Below, piece by piece: positions 33,347-42,029 of a stretch of DNA of 64,000 nt. Numbering within the stretch: the stretch's first letter is position 1; each line of letters begins with the position of its first letter. This DNA is from Candidatus Parachristensenella avicola (GTDB lineage Bacteria; Bacillota; Clostridia; Christensenellales; UMGS416). The DNA is taken from positions 12,395 to 76,394 of the forward strand of contig CAJFUN010000016.1 in NCBI GenBank assembly GCA_904420205.1, read 5' to 3'. A model generated the notes under the pieces. That model had not been told where the DNA came from. It saw only the letters and a program-made list of their open reading frames with translations, and did not search any database. Both the position numbers and the translations under genes were made by a program.

Positions 33347-34663
33347 ATGCTAAAGAAATTTACAAAACCCGAAAGGGCCTGGATCATGTATGATTGGGCC
33401 AATTCCGCCCAGTCCTCCATCATTGTCGCCATTTTATTGCCAATTCTCTACAAAAATATCGCCGTGGCCTCTGGCCTGGACAAGACGCTGGCTACCTCCT
33501 ATTGGGGATACGCTTCTTCGCTTGCCAGCCTGCTGGTGGCCCTGGCTGCCCCAGTGCTGGGGACGCTGGGCGACTATATGGGGCTGCGCAAGCGCATGTT
33601 TTCCGGATTTCTATGGGTAGGCGTGGGGGCGACGGCCCTTTTAACTTTTGCCCCGGGATGGATCAGCATCCTGGTGCTTTTCGCCCTCTCCTGCATCGGA
33701 TTCTATGGAGCGAATATCTACTATGACAGCATGCTGGTGGACGTCACCACCAATGAACGCATGGATCTCGTCTCCACCGCCGGATATTCCTTCGGCTATA
33801 TTGGCGGCTCCACCATCCCTTTGGTGGTCGCCCTGGCGCTGTATGCCACCGCCTCGCTATGGGGGCCGCTTTTCTCGCTGGAGGCTGAGGCTGCCGGGAA
33901 CCTGGCTATGCGCTTTTCCTGTCTGCTGACAGCCCTATGGTGGGCTTGGTATTCCCGCCCCATCCTGCGCGACGTGGAACAGCTGCATGGCGCGCCCCGG
34001 GACGGGCTCAGCGCCGGCGCTCTGATTCGGGGCAGCTTCGCCAGCTTGGGTGAAACCTTTCGGAATATTCGTCAGTATAAATCGCTCTTTGCCTTTATGC
34101 TGGCTTATTTCTTCTATATTGACGGCGTAGGGACCATCATCCATATGGCCACCGTCTTTGGGGACGATATGGGGATCAACCAGCTTGGGATGATGAGCGT
34201 TTTGCTGGTCGTGCAGCTGGTGGCCTTCCCCTGCGCCTACCTATATGGCGTGCTGGCCAAGCGTTTCTCCACCCGCACCATGATCCTCGTTGGTATTCTC
34301 ACCTATATCGTGGTATGTCTGGTCGGTTTCACCCTGCATTCACTGTTGGATTTTCTTATTCTCGGCTTCCTGGTCGGCACCGCGCAGGGCGGCATTCAGG
34401 CGCTCTCCCGCAGCTATTTCGGCAAGCTTGTGCCGGCGGATCATGCCAATGAATTTTTCGGATTTTTCGACATCTTCGGAAAATTTTCCTCGGTGATGGG
34501 GCCAGCCCTCTTTGGCCTTGCGATACAGATAGCCTCCCAGGCGGGCTTGGACGGGGCGGCCGCATCCCGTTGGGGTATTCTTTCGGTGGTCATCATGTTC
34601 ATCATTGGCGGCGGCATCTTCCTGACTGCCGTGCCTCCGGAAAAGAAATCATCTTCCCGTTAG
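33347..34663 (+). CDS. MFS transporter, UMF1 (Atg22-like) family
   Basis: N-terminal ERAWIMYDWANSA signature and 12 predicted TM segments. Start at MLKKF behind GGGAGGA. Confidence 0.75.
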   Translation: MLKKFTKPERAWIMYDWANSAQSSIIVAILLPILYKNIAVASGLDKTLATSYWGYASSLASLLVALAAPVLGTLGDYMGLRKRMFSGFLWVGVGATALLTFAPGWISILVLFALSCIGFYGANIYYDSMLVDVTTNERMDLVSTAGYSFGYIGGSTIPLVVALALYATASLWGPLFSLEAEAAGNLAMRFSCLLTALWWAWYSRPILRDVEQLHGAPRDGLSAGALIRGSFASLGETFRNIRQYKSLFAFMLAYFFYIDGVGTIIHMATVFGDDMGINQLGMMSVLLVVQLVAFPCAYLYGVLAKRFSTRTMILVGILTYIVVCLVGFTLHSLLDFLILGFLVGTAQGGIQALSRSYFGKLVPADHANEFFGFFDIFGKFSSVMGPALFGLAIQIASQAGLDGAAASRWGILSVVIMFIIGGGIFLTAVPPEKKSSSR

Positions 34664-34689
34664 TTGTCGAAAACCTTCCCCTACCGTAA

Positions 34690-34718
34690 AAGGCGGCGTG
34701 CATCATGCCCGCCGCCTT
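34690..34718. terminator. Terminator hairpin between the convergent MFS and GH36 genes
   Basis: AAGGCGGCG-11 nt-CGCCGCCTT. The T-run is good on the minus strand (TTTTAC) and weak on the plus strand. Confidence 0.65.
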
Positions 34719-34749
34719 CCTTTGTGTCCATGCTGGAAAAGCTTCTTCG

Positions 34750-36771
34750 CTACTCCTCCTCAATCCAGACCAGCTTTGCGCTGCGCGGATGGGGCATATG
34801 CCAGGATATGCCCTCGTCCTGCAGCCGCCCTCCATCCATTTGCAGCGTCTCGCCGGAATCCTCGTCGGTCAGCCGGCAGCGGCTTTCCCGCCGCACAAAG
34901 GGCAAGCGCAGCACCAGATGCGCTTCCCGACAATCCTCCATTCGGAACAAAAGCATCGCGCCCTTTCGCGCCTGCCTGTCAAAGAAGCAGTAGGCGGTAA
35001 AGCCGTCCCGCTCCTCTTGGCTGTGCCATGGCGTCAGCACATAGAAATCCTTCAAAAGATAGGGAGACAGCCGTTTCCACTCCCGCAGCCCGAAGCGCAG
35101 CAGGTCAAAGTCTTGGTCCGGATCCTGGACAAACTGCGCATCCACATTCAGCACCGGCAAATAGGAGGCCCTCCAGGTATACACGTCGCTGCGCCCGGTC
35201 GCGTCCAGCTGTCCTGCCTTTTCCTTGGTGTTTGCACCGCAAAAGGGGATCCATCGATTCAGCGCTGTAGTCATGGACAGTCGCAGGGAAGTTGTCGTGC
35301 GGTCGGCATCGCTGCGCAGCAGCGGCACGCCCCGCCGCAGGGACTCCAGGTCGTTGCGCCCTCCGCCGCTGGCGCAGGAATCGACAAATCCACAGCCGCC
35401 GTAGCTCATGGTACAGGCGATAATCTGATCCCACATCGCATAGTGCGCCTGGATAAACTTGCATTCGGTAATGCCATGGCGTTCCTCGCCCTCCCGCTCA
35501 TCCAGGAACCGCCAGAGCTCCGCCGGATCCGAGTTGTTATCCTCACGGTACATCTCCACCCGGTTTTCCCGCAGCGTGCTGCAAATACGCTCCAGCGTCC
35601 AGCGCAGGCAGTCCGGGTTGCCGATGTTGTTGGATATTGCCTCGCAGCCCGCCCGGCGGATAGCCCATGTCGGATCATATCCGTAATGCCGAGCCAGTGA
35701 CTCCGGATCCGTCACCCGCTCCGGTTCAAACCACATCAGCGTCTTCATCCCATGCGCCCGGGCAAAATCCGTGGATTGCCGGAAGGTATCCCCCGGCCAT
35801 TTGGCCGGGTCAAGCGTCCAGGTGCCCACCGTACCCCACCAGTCGCTTTCAGGGCTTGTGCCGTCGGGCGCCACATACCATCCGGCATCAAACCAACGAA
35901 AGTCCACCTTCACGTCCTCGGCAAGCATTTTCTCCATGGACGGGCGCCACGTGCTTTCACGCTCTGATATACTGCCGTCGCTGTTGGGCAGGCCCGTATC
36001 ACTGGCAAGACAGCAGGTAGAAAAAGGCGCAAGGGGCGTGCCCTTTGCATCTGCGGCCGGAAGATTGCACGCGATAAACCAGCTTCGCCAGAAGTTCGTA
36101 GCATAGGCCTCGTCGCGCAGCGTATAGGGCGCGCAGACAAACAAGGCCGTTCGGATTTTCTCGCCGGGCTTTAAGCAGGTGGAAAGCCCGTTAACCGACT
36201 GGGCCCGATAGCGGGTGACGCCGTTCTCATAGGCAAATTCTGCCGTCCAAGTCCCCGCCCATCCGATGGCCAGCATAGCGCCGCCCTGGCCATATTCCAG
36301 ATTAAAATAGGGAAAATATTCGTGCGTCGCCCGGCCGCTTTCCGAAACAAAGCGCACCGGTTTTTCCGTCAAGTCCGCCGTATAAGGCCGGTAATCATTG
36401 ACATGATCCCCCAGAATGCCCTTAAGCACAGGACGTTCGCCCGAGAATTCCAGTTCGCTGCTCCACTCCTGAAGCAGGCCGCTCTCCCTGTCGGCCGTGT
36501 TCTCAAACCATACCGTCCACTCCGATACGCCGTAATCAGGATAATAAGCAGCGTCCAGCGTTACTGTCAGTCCGTCGTCCGCCCGCAGGGTCTGGCATAT
36601 CCGCCTCAGGCAGCCCTTCGTTTCCCGCCGCAGGCTCACCGGCTGGAAGAATTCCCGTGGGAAACCCGTATACCGCACCCCGCGATAAGTAAAGCAGAAG
36701 GGGAAGGCTTCCGGTTGCTCCATTCGCTCGCAGAACCATTCTTCCCCTTTGGGATTTGCATACTCCGTCAT
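34750..36771 (-). CDS. Glycoside hydrolase family 36-type alpha-galactosidase-like protein
   Basis: 673 aa. ..FRWFDAGWY.., ..KTLMWFEPERV.. and ..CASGGGRND.. resemble the GH36 catalytic barrel. Start trimmed to MTEYANP (ATG 36771), 8 nt after AAGGAG. Confidence 0.7.
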   Translation of the reverse strand: MTEYANPKGEEWFCERMEQPEAFPFCFTYRGVRYTGFPREFFQPVSLRRETKGCLRRICQTLRADDGLTVTLDAAYYPDYGVSEWTVWFENTADRESGLLQEWSSELEFSGERPVLKGILGDHVNDYRPYTADLTEKPVRFVSESGRATHEYFPYFNLEYGQGGAMLAIGWAGTWTAEFAYENGVTRYRAQSVNGLSTCLKPGEKIRTALFVCAPYTLRDEAYATNFWRSWFIACNLPAADAKGTPLAPFSTCCLASDTGLPNSDGSISERESTWRPSMEKMLAEDVKVDFRWFDAGWYVAPDGTSPESDWWGTVGTWTLDPAKWPGDTFRQSTDFARAHGMKTLMWFEPERVTDPESLARHYGYDPTWAIRRAGCEAISNNIGNPDCLRWTLERICSTLRENRVEMYREDNNSDPAELWRFLDEREGEERHGITECKFIQAHYAMWDQIIACTMSYGGCGFVDSCASGGGRNDLESLRRGVPLLRSDADRTTTSLRLSMTTALNRWIPFCGANTKEKAGQLDATGRSDVYTWRASYLPVLNVDAQFVQDPDQDFDLLRFGLREWKRLSPYLLKDFYVLTPWHSQEERDGFTAYCFFDRQARKGAMLLFRMEDCREAHLVLRLPFVRRESRCRLTDEDSGETLQMDGGRLQDEGISWHMPHPRSAKLVWIEEE

Positions 36772-36799
36772 AGCAGGCGCTCCTTTACGCTTTTTCTTC

Positions 36800-36808
36800 A
36801 TTATACCA
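36800..36808 (-). promoter_or_regulatory. Extended -10 promoter of the GH36 gene
   Basis: The minus strand reads TGgTATAAT 29 nt upstream of ATG 36771. Confidence 0.5.
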
Positions 36809-36898
36809 GCCTAGCCCCAAGGCGCAACCGCTGCCGCCCATTAAACTAATGGTGGAAAGCTTGAGTCGCGGAAGCGTTTCATCGATCCCACGCCCACA

Positions 36899-36934
36899 AA
36901 AAAGCGGCCCCTCCGGGCCGCGGGCCGCTTTTTC
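36899..36934 (-). terminator. Intrinsic terminator of the epimerase/dehydratase gene
   Basis: The minus strand reads AGCGGCCC-11 nt-GGGCCGCTTTTTTgtg. Confidence 0.75.
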
Positions 36935-36941
36935 AGTTGCC

Positions 36942-37958
36942 CTATGCACCTTGAGTCGCCGGGATCGCGCCTACGGCCTGCTGCTTCAGCCAGGCTACGG
37001 TATCGGCCACCGTCTGGTACAGATCCCTGGGCCGGTAGCCCAGTTCAAGGGTCGCTTTGTCATGGGAGAATTTATCGTTGCTGGTAAGGGTATAGAGCGA
37101 GTAAGCCGTATATAGCGGGCGTTGGCGGCGCAGGCGGGCGATCCAGCCCAATAGCGGCGCCGCAGCCTTGGCCATCCAAATGGGCAGCACAGGCAACCGC
37201 CGCCCCCCGCATACGGATCTTGCAATATCCAATACCTCCCGCACCTCATAGTGGCGGTTGGAAAGGATGTAGCACTCCCCGACGCGTCCTTTTTCAGCGG
37301 CCAACAGGCATCCCTGAGCCACATCCCGCACGTCCACGAAATCATATCCGCCTTGCACGCAGGCCGGCAGCCGCCCACGGATATAGTCGCTGACCATCTG
37401 TACCAGATGGTTTCCGGAGGCGTCGTAGGGTCCTAATATGCCGGAAGGGTGCACAACAACGGCCTTCAGCCCCGCGCCTACAGCATCCAGCACCGCTTGG
37501 GTGGCCTCGGCCTTGGTCTTGGCGTAGCCGCCCACCACGGACGCAGGATCAAATTGCTTCACCTCCCGCAACACATGCAATCCGCCGCGCTCGGCTATGG
37601 CGTGGACGGAACTGACATAGACGAATCGGTGAACATGCTCCTCCAAGGCCAGCGCGGCCAGCGTCTTAGTCCCGTTCACATTCACATCGTACAGCAGCGA
37701 GGAGGCACGCTCAGATATATCCACAATACCCGCCGTATGAATCACCGTCACCAAAGCGCCCTCGGTATGAGCAAATAGCGGCCGTAATGTGTCTGCCTGG
37801 CGCACATCGCCATGATAATAGGTAACGTTTCCTTGATTTTCTGCGGTCTCGCCCGGCAATACCAATCCTCGGATCTCGCAATTGCTGCGCTGTAGCATGC
37901 GTACCAAGGTACCGCCCAAATGGCCTTTGGCTCCGGTTATAATATAAATCATCTTCAT
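36942..37958 (-). CDS. NAD-dependent epimerase/dehydratase family (extended SDR) protein
   Basis: ITGAKGHLGGTLV cofactor motif and YAKTK catalytic YxxxK. The ATG at 37958 is 10 nt after AAAGGAG; the track start at 37964 is a TTG. Confidence 0.8.
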   Translation of the reverse strand: MKMIYIITGAKGHLGGTLVRMLQRSNCEIRGLVLPGETAENQGNVTYYHGDVRQADTLRPLFAHTEGALVTVIHTAGIVDISERASSLLYDVNVNGTKTLAALALEEHVHRFVYVSSVHAIAERGGLHVLREVKQFDPASVVGGYAKTKAEATQAVLDAVGAGLKAVVVHPSGILGPYDASGNHLVQMVSDYIRGRLPACVQGGYDFVDVRDVAQGCLLAAEKGRVGECYILSNRHYEVREVLDIARSVCGGRRLPVLPIWMAKAAAPLLGWIARLRRQRPLYTAYSLYTLTSNDKFSHDKATLELGYRPRDLYQTVADTVAWLKQQAVGAIPATQGA

Positions 37959-38115
37959 GTTCAATACGCTCCTTTCTTTTATTGAACACGATGTTGATTT
38001 TCCTCCCCAACTGTATTATGATCGGAAAAGAGAAGAAATTCAACCGACAGTTCAAATACGTCTCGTCATGAAAGACGACAAAACCAACAGATATTGTCTA
38101 AAAGGAGCGAACGTT

Positions 38116-38709
38116 TTGAAAAAGTTAACAAACGACCATCGCACAAGGGTCACAAAAATGCTTATCCGCAAGGCCTTTACCAGCCTGCTGAGCCAAAAGC
38201 CCATTCAAAGCATCTCCGTCAAGGAACTGTGCGAGCTGGCCGGTATCAACCGAGGCACTTTTTACAGCCATTATACCGATATTTATGATTTGCTGCGCAG
38301 CATTGAGGCTGAAATGCTGGCGGATTTCGAGCGGGCTATGGCGCCGCTTATCGCTGATCCGGGCCCCAAGCTGACACCGGTCAAGATTACTGCCGGCGTT
38401 TTCCAGTGCCTGAAGGAGAATTCCGATCTCTGTACCGTTACCCTGGGCGATTGGGGCGACAAATCCTTTGCCCTCAAGCTGATCAATATTGGCCGGGAAA
38501 AGTGCATTGAATACTATTCGGAGTTCTTCCGTCACGCGACAGCCAAGCAGATCGAATATTACTATGCTTTCGTCAGCTCCGGATGCATCGGCCTGCTTCA
38601 GAAGTGGCTGGCGGAGGGGATGGTCACCTCTGTGGAGGAAGTGGCGCGGATGGCGGAAGGCATTATGCTAACCGGCGTCGGCTTCCTGCAGCAGCCGCCG
38701 GAAGGTTAG
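38116..38709 (+). CDS. TetR/AcrR family transcriptional regulator (DhaS-like subgroup)
   Basis: HTH ISVKELCELAGINRGTFYSHY. TTG 38116 lies 8 nt after AAAGGAG; upstream in-frame codons lack an SD. The gene is visibly lower in GC than its neighbours. Confidence 0.75.
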   Translation: MKKLTNDHRTRVTKMLIRKAFTSLLSQKPIQSISVKELCELAGINRGTFYSHYTDIYDLLRSIEAEMLADFERAMAPLIADPGPKLTPVKITAGVFQCLKENSDLCTVTLGDWGDKSFALKLINIGREKCIEYYSEFFRHATAKQIEYYYAFVSSGCIGLLQKWLAEGMVTSVEEVARMAEGIMLTGVGFLQQPPEG

Positions 38710-38917
38710 CTGGCCTTTATCATTCCTAATGCCAGCCAAGGCAGATTGCCCGAACACATCGGTATAAAACATCCGCCCCGGACCGTCCGGTCGCCAGCTA
38801 TCGCTTACTTGAGCGCGAGCCGAACGGCAATCGACCTGCTACTGGTCTTGTATCACGCCCGCGGCCTAGCCGATCAATCAGCGCGACATATTCAATCGCT
38901 CAGGGACGAATTTTTCC

Positions 38918-38947
38918 GGCATAAAGCGTGGATATTTTATGCCTTTT
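38918..38947 (+). terminator. Intrinsic terminator in an ORF-poor region
   Basis: GGCATAAA-10 nt-TTTATGCCTTTT. Confidence 0.5.
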
Positions 38948-39154
38948 CGCCGCGCATCAGGGCAGGGCTCTGCAGCGCCAAAGCCCGCATCTAACCGGCC
39001 CGATCCATTGCAGCATGAACCCCTCGCCTACGGCGGACACGATTTTCCCGCTTCAACCGCTACACCGCGCATGCCGTGGGAAGCGCCGATGGAGCCGCTG
39101 TTTTCCGCATACTCGTGCCAGATTCGGCGCCACAGCTATTATCTTGCAAAATTC

Positions 39155-39191
39155 AAAATGCCGGAAAGCCTCAAGCTCTCCGGCATTTTTT
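39155..39191. terminator. Bidirectional terminator-like hairpin
   Basis: AAAATGCCGGA-13 nt-TCCGGCATTTTTT. Confidence 0.55.
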
Positions 39192-39274
39192 GCGTGAACG
39201 CTTATCATGTACCATTTGTCCACCCAGGAGAAACAAAAAGAAGCTGCCCCTTTTCTGCAAAGAACAGCCCCCTC

Positions 39275-39473
39275 GAAAAAAGCCGCTCGGCCCGCAATTG
39301 CTTGCCGGCGCAAGTCCGCGGCCAGGCTGGACTGCGGCACACGGGACACATCCGCTTAATGCTGCTTCCTTCCGGACCTGACATGGTTCACAGCGGCCCA
39401 TTGCACAGGGCCCGGCTGCGGACTTGCGCCGGCAAACCGACGGGTACGGCAAAACCGAATACCTTTTTCAGAA
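39275..39473 (-). ncRNA. ffs: Signal recognition particle RNA (4.5S/small-type with an extended closing helix)
   Basis: The minus strand contains GTCAGGTCCGGAAGGAAGCAGC (complement of 39361-39382), the universal SRP helix-8 motif, followed by GTGTGCCG. It is enclosed by a 22-bp helix (39302-39323 with 39414-39435). Own promoter upstream. The ends are approximate. Confidence 0.85.
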
Positions 39474-39480
39474 CCTCACT

Positions 39481-39509
39481 ATTATAGCTTTAGCCGCTGC
39501 AAAAATCAA
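39481..39509 (-). promoter_or_regulatory. Promoter of ffs
   Basis: The minus strand reads TTGATT-17 nt-TATAAT, overlapping the stop of the upstream CDS. Confidence 0.55.
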
Positions 39510-40120
39510 GATTCCGCCTGCGGATTTTTCGGTTTTTTGTATTCTTCCCAAACAAAGCTGCCGCTATGCAACCAATGTTCCAATTTTTCCTGATGCCATG
39601 GATGAAGCATGCCCACGCTGGGAAATGCATAGGCCTGCCAGGGCCCGCCCGCCAGCTGCACCTGGATGCGGGTATTCTGGTAGGGTTCCGCTTCTGGCTG
39701 AAGCAGGAATCCCTCGATCTCCTCCCGGGGCACAAAATCGGCTACGACGGCCCCCTGCTTATCGGCCGACAGCTGCAAAATTCCTTCCGGCAGCACATAT
39801 ACACCTAACCGCTTATCATCCCCGCCGCAAGCCGAATGGCGGCGGTAACAGGCCCGAACATAGAGCAGGCCGGCAATGCAAACCGCCAACACAATCGCGC
39901 TGTACAGCGTGCGGGATCGGTTGATGACCAGAGAGAACAGCAGGCTTAGGGCGCCTATGGACAGCGTGAACCACAGCACCAAGCGGGCCATATTCAGCTT
40001 TTCATGGGGCGGCGGTTCATAGGCCGCCTGCACGGCATCGGGCAGCGGCTTCTTCGGATCGGCCAGCGCCCGCAACGGCTCCGGCAGCCGCTCCGCCGGA
40101 ACCGCTTGCAGCCGCTTCAC
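39506..40120 (-). CDS. Hypothetical membrane protein (two TM helices plus soluble C-terminal domain)
   Basis: 204 aa. TM segments LVLWFTLSIGALSLLFSLVI and LYSAIVLAVCIAGLLYV. The GTG start overlaps the stop of the FAD enzyme (GTGA). No family recognised. Confidence 0.55.
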   Translation of the reverse strand: MKRLQAVPAERLPEPLRALADPKKPLPDAVQAAYEPPPHEKLNMARLVLWFTLSIGALSLLFSLVINRSRTLYSAIVLAVCIAGLLYVRACYRRHSACGGDDKRLGVYVLPEGILQLSADKQGAVVADFVPREEIEGFLLQPEAEPYQNTRIQVQLAGGPWQAYAFPSVGMLHPWHQEKLEHWLHSGSFVWEEYKKPKNPQAES

Positions 40121-41529
40121 AGCGGCAGGCCCAGGATATCCCGGGCCGCTGCGACGCCATTCACCGAGGCCTGCATCAGGCCGCGCGTAATGCCCGCGCC
40201 ATCACCGATCGCATATAGCCCCTCTACCGGGGTTTGGAATCGCTCGTTCACCATGACCTTGGATGAATAAAACTTCACCTCCACACCGTAAAGCAGCGTA
40301 TTCTTTGCGTTCAGGCCGGGCGCCAGGTGATCAAAGGCAGCCAACGCTTCCTGGATGGAGGTCAGGTGCCGCTGAGGCAGCACAAAGGACAGATCCCCCG
40401 GCACAGCCGTAGCCAATGTGGGGACGGTGGTCGATTTCTTCAGGCGGCTCCAGGTCGTGCGCCTGCCCAGCTGCAGGTCGCCCAGCCGCTGCACCATAAT
40501 GCCGCCGCCGGTCAGCATGTTCCCCAAACGGGCGATATACTGTCCATATTCGATCGGCTGATTGAAGGGCTCTGTAAACCGGGTGGATACCAGCATGGCA
40601 AAGTTGGTGTTGCCGGTGCGGCGGCTTTTATCGCCATAGCTGTGCCCGTTGACCACGGCCAAACCGCCCTCGTAATACTCGCCGGACACCACGCCGCCGG
40701 GGTTCATGCAGAAGGTGCGCACCTTGCTCTCAAAGGTATCGGAATAATAAACGAGCTTCGCCTCGTAAAGATGGCGGGTTAAATGGTCCATCACCGCGTT
40801 GGGCACTTCTACCCGCACGCCGATATCCACCTCGTTATTGACCGTTTCCAGGCCCAACTTCTGACAGCGCTCAGTCAACCACTTGGCCCCGGCGCGCCCC
40901 GGCGCGGCAACAATCCGATCCGCATAGACCTTTTCCGCCGTTTGGCCCCGGGTTTCTAATACAAGGCCTACCGCCCGTCCCTTCTCCACCACAATATCCC
41001 TGGCCTGGGTCATGGGGCGAAACGTAAAACTGCGATGGGCCGCAAGCTCGATATACATAGCCCGGAGCACTTCAAAAGCATGCTCCGTGCCCAAATGCCG
41101 CACAGGGCAGCGCACCAGCTGCACATTGTACCGTGATGCCTCATAGGCGATTTCCTCCACCTTGGGATCGTCCCGGCCATGTACCTCGTCGGGTGCACCG
41201 AACTTTAGATACCATCCATCCACATAATCGATCAAATCCTGGGCCTTTTCCTTGGGCATGTAGTCGGTAATCCGCCCGCCTACCTCCGGCGAAAGCGATA
41301 GCTTGCCATCGGAAAAGGCGCCTGCGCCGGACCACCCGTGAAGGATAGCGCAGGGCTCGCAGTGGGCGCATCGTCCCGTCTTCCGGGCAGGGCAGGCACG
41401 CCTGTCGATTTCCGGCCCCGCGTCCACCAACAGCACCTTGGTATCAGGCGCTTTATCCATCAGCTCCAGGGCCGTAAAAATCCCTGCCGGCCCTGCGCCC
41501 ACAATGATTACGTCATAACGCTCGGTCAT
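40117..41529 (-). CDS. FAD-dependent oxidoreductase (COG2509-type uncharacterised dehydrogenase)
   Basis: DVIIVGAGPAGIF dinucleotide motif, a Cys cluster CPARKTGRCAHCEPC, and C-terminal GDGAGITRG. Start trimmed to MTERYD (ATG 41529). Confidence 0.75.
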   Translation of the reverse strand: MTERYDVIIVGAGPAGIFTALELMDKAPDTKVLLVDAGPEIDRRACPARKTGRCAHCEPCAILHGWSGAGAFSDGKLSLSPEVGGRITDYMPKEKAQDLIDYVDGWYLKFGAPDEVHGRDDPKVEEIAYEASRYNVQLVRCPVRHLGTEHAFEVLRAMYIELAAHRSFTFRPMTQARDIVVEKGRAVGLVLETRGQTAEKVYADRIVAAPGRAGAKWLTERCQKLGLETVNNEVDIGVRVEVPNAVMDHLTRHLYEAKLVYYSDTFESKVRTFCMNPGGVVSGEYYEGGLAVVNGHSYGDKSRRTGNTNFAMLVSTRFTEPFNQPIEYGQYIARLGNMLTGGGIMVQRLGDLQLGRRTTWSRLKKSTTVPTLATAVPGDLSFVLPQRHLTSIQEALAAFDHLAPGLNAKNTLLYGVEVKFYSSKVMVNERFQTPVEGLYAIGDGAGITRGLMQASVNGVAAARDILGLPL

Positions 41530-41588
41530 CTTTTCACCTCTTGGCCCCAAGGGGCTATTCGTATGCACCGCGCCGGTCCCGGAGCGAC

Positions 41589-42029
41589 CTAAGGCCGCTT
41601 GCGCAGCGCCCATACAATGAGCGCTATGCCAGCCGCCACCAACAGCACCGGCAACAGATAGCGGTTCAGCGAAATGTGAAAAATCTCACGGATCAGCATA
41701 AGCCCGCCCCAGGCCACCAGGGCCGCGCCAGCCAGGGCCCACAGGCCCCCGTACCTTCCTTCGGCGCTGCCTGGAGCCGGTTCGGCTGCAGCCGAGCCCG
41801 GTTTGCCGTCCACCGTATAGCTCACATTCCCTTCCTGAGGGTTCTCCTTCAGCACGCAGGCCAGTACCACGTAGGCAATCAGCACCGGGAGCATCAGGTC
41901 ACCGGAAAGCGCCACCAGCACAACGATCACGCGGATAAGCCAGGATGGCACGCCCACCAGCTCAGCAAGCCCGCCGCAGACGCCGCTGATCATTCTGTCC
42001 TTTCGGCTGCGGGTAAATTCCTTATTCAT
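41589..42029 (-). CDS. PspC domain-containing membrane protein
   Basis: N-terminal RSRKDRMISGVCGGLAELVGVPSWLIRV. Confidence 0.8.
   Translation of the reverse strand: MNKEFTRSRKDRMISGVCGGLAELVGVPSWLIRVIVVLVALSGDLMLPVLIAYVVLACVLKENPQEGNVSYTVDGKPGSAAAEPAPGSAEGRYGGLWALAGAALVAWGGLMLIREIFHISLNRYLLPVLLVAAGIALIVWALRKRP

Noticed and set aside
38939-39487. 182-aa plus-strand ORF, with minus-strand ORFs 39053..39349 and 39171..39452
   Set aside because: They overlap the SRP RNA gene and terminator hairpins. They lack SDs and have implausible composition.
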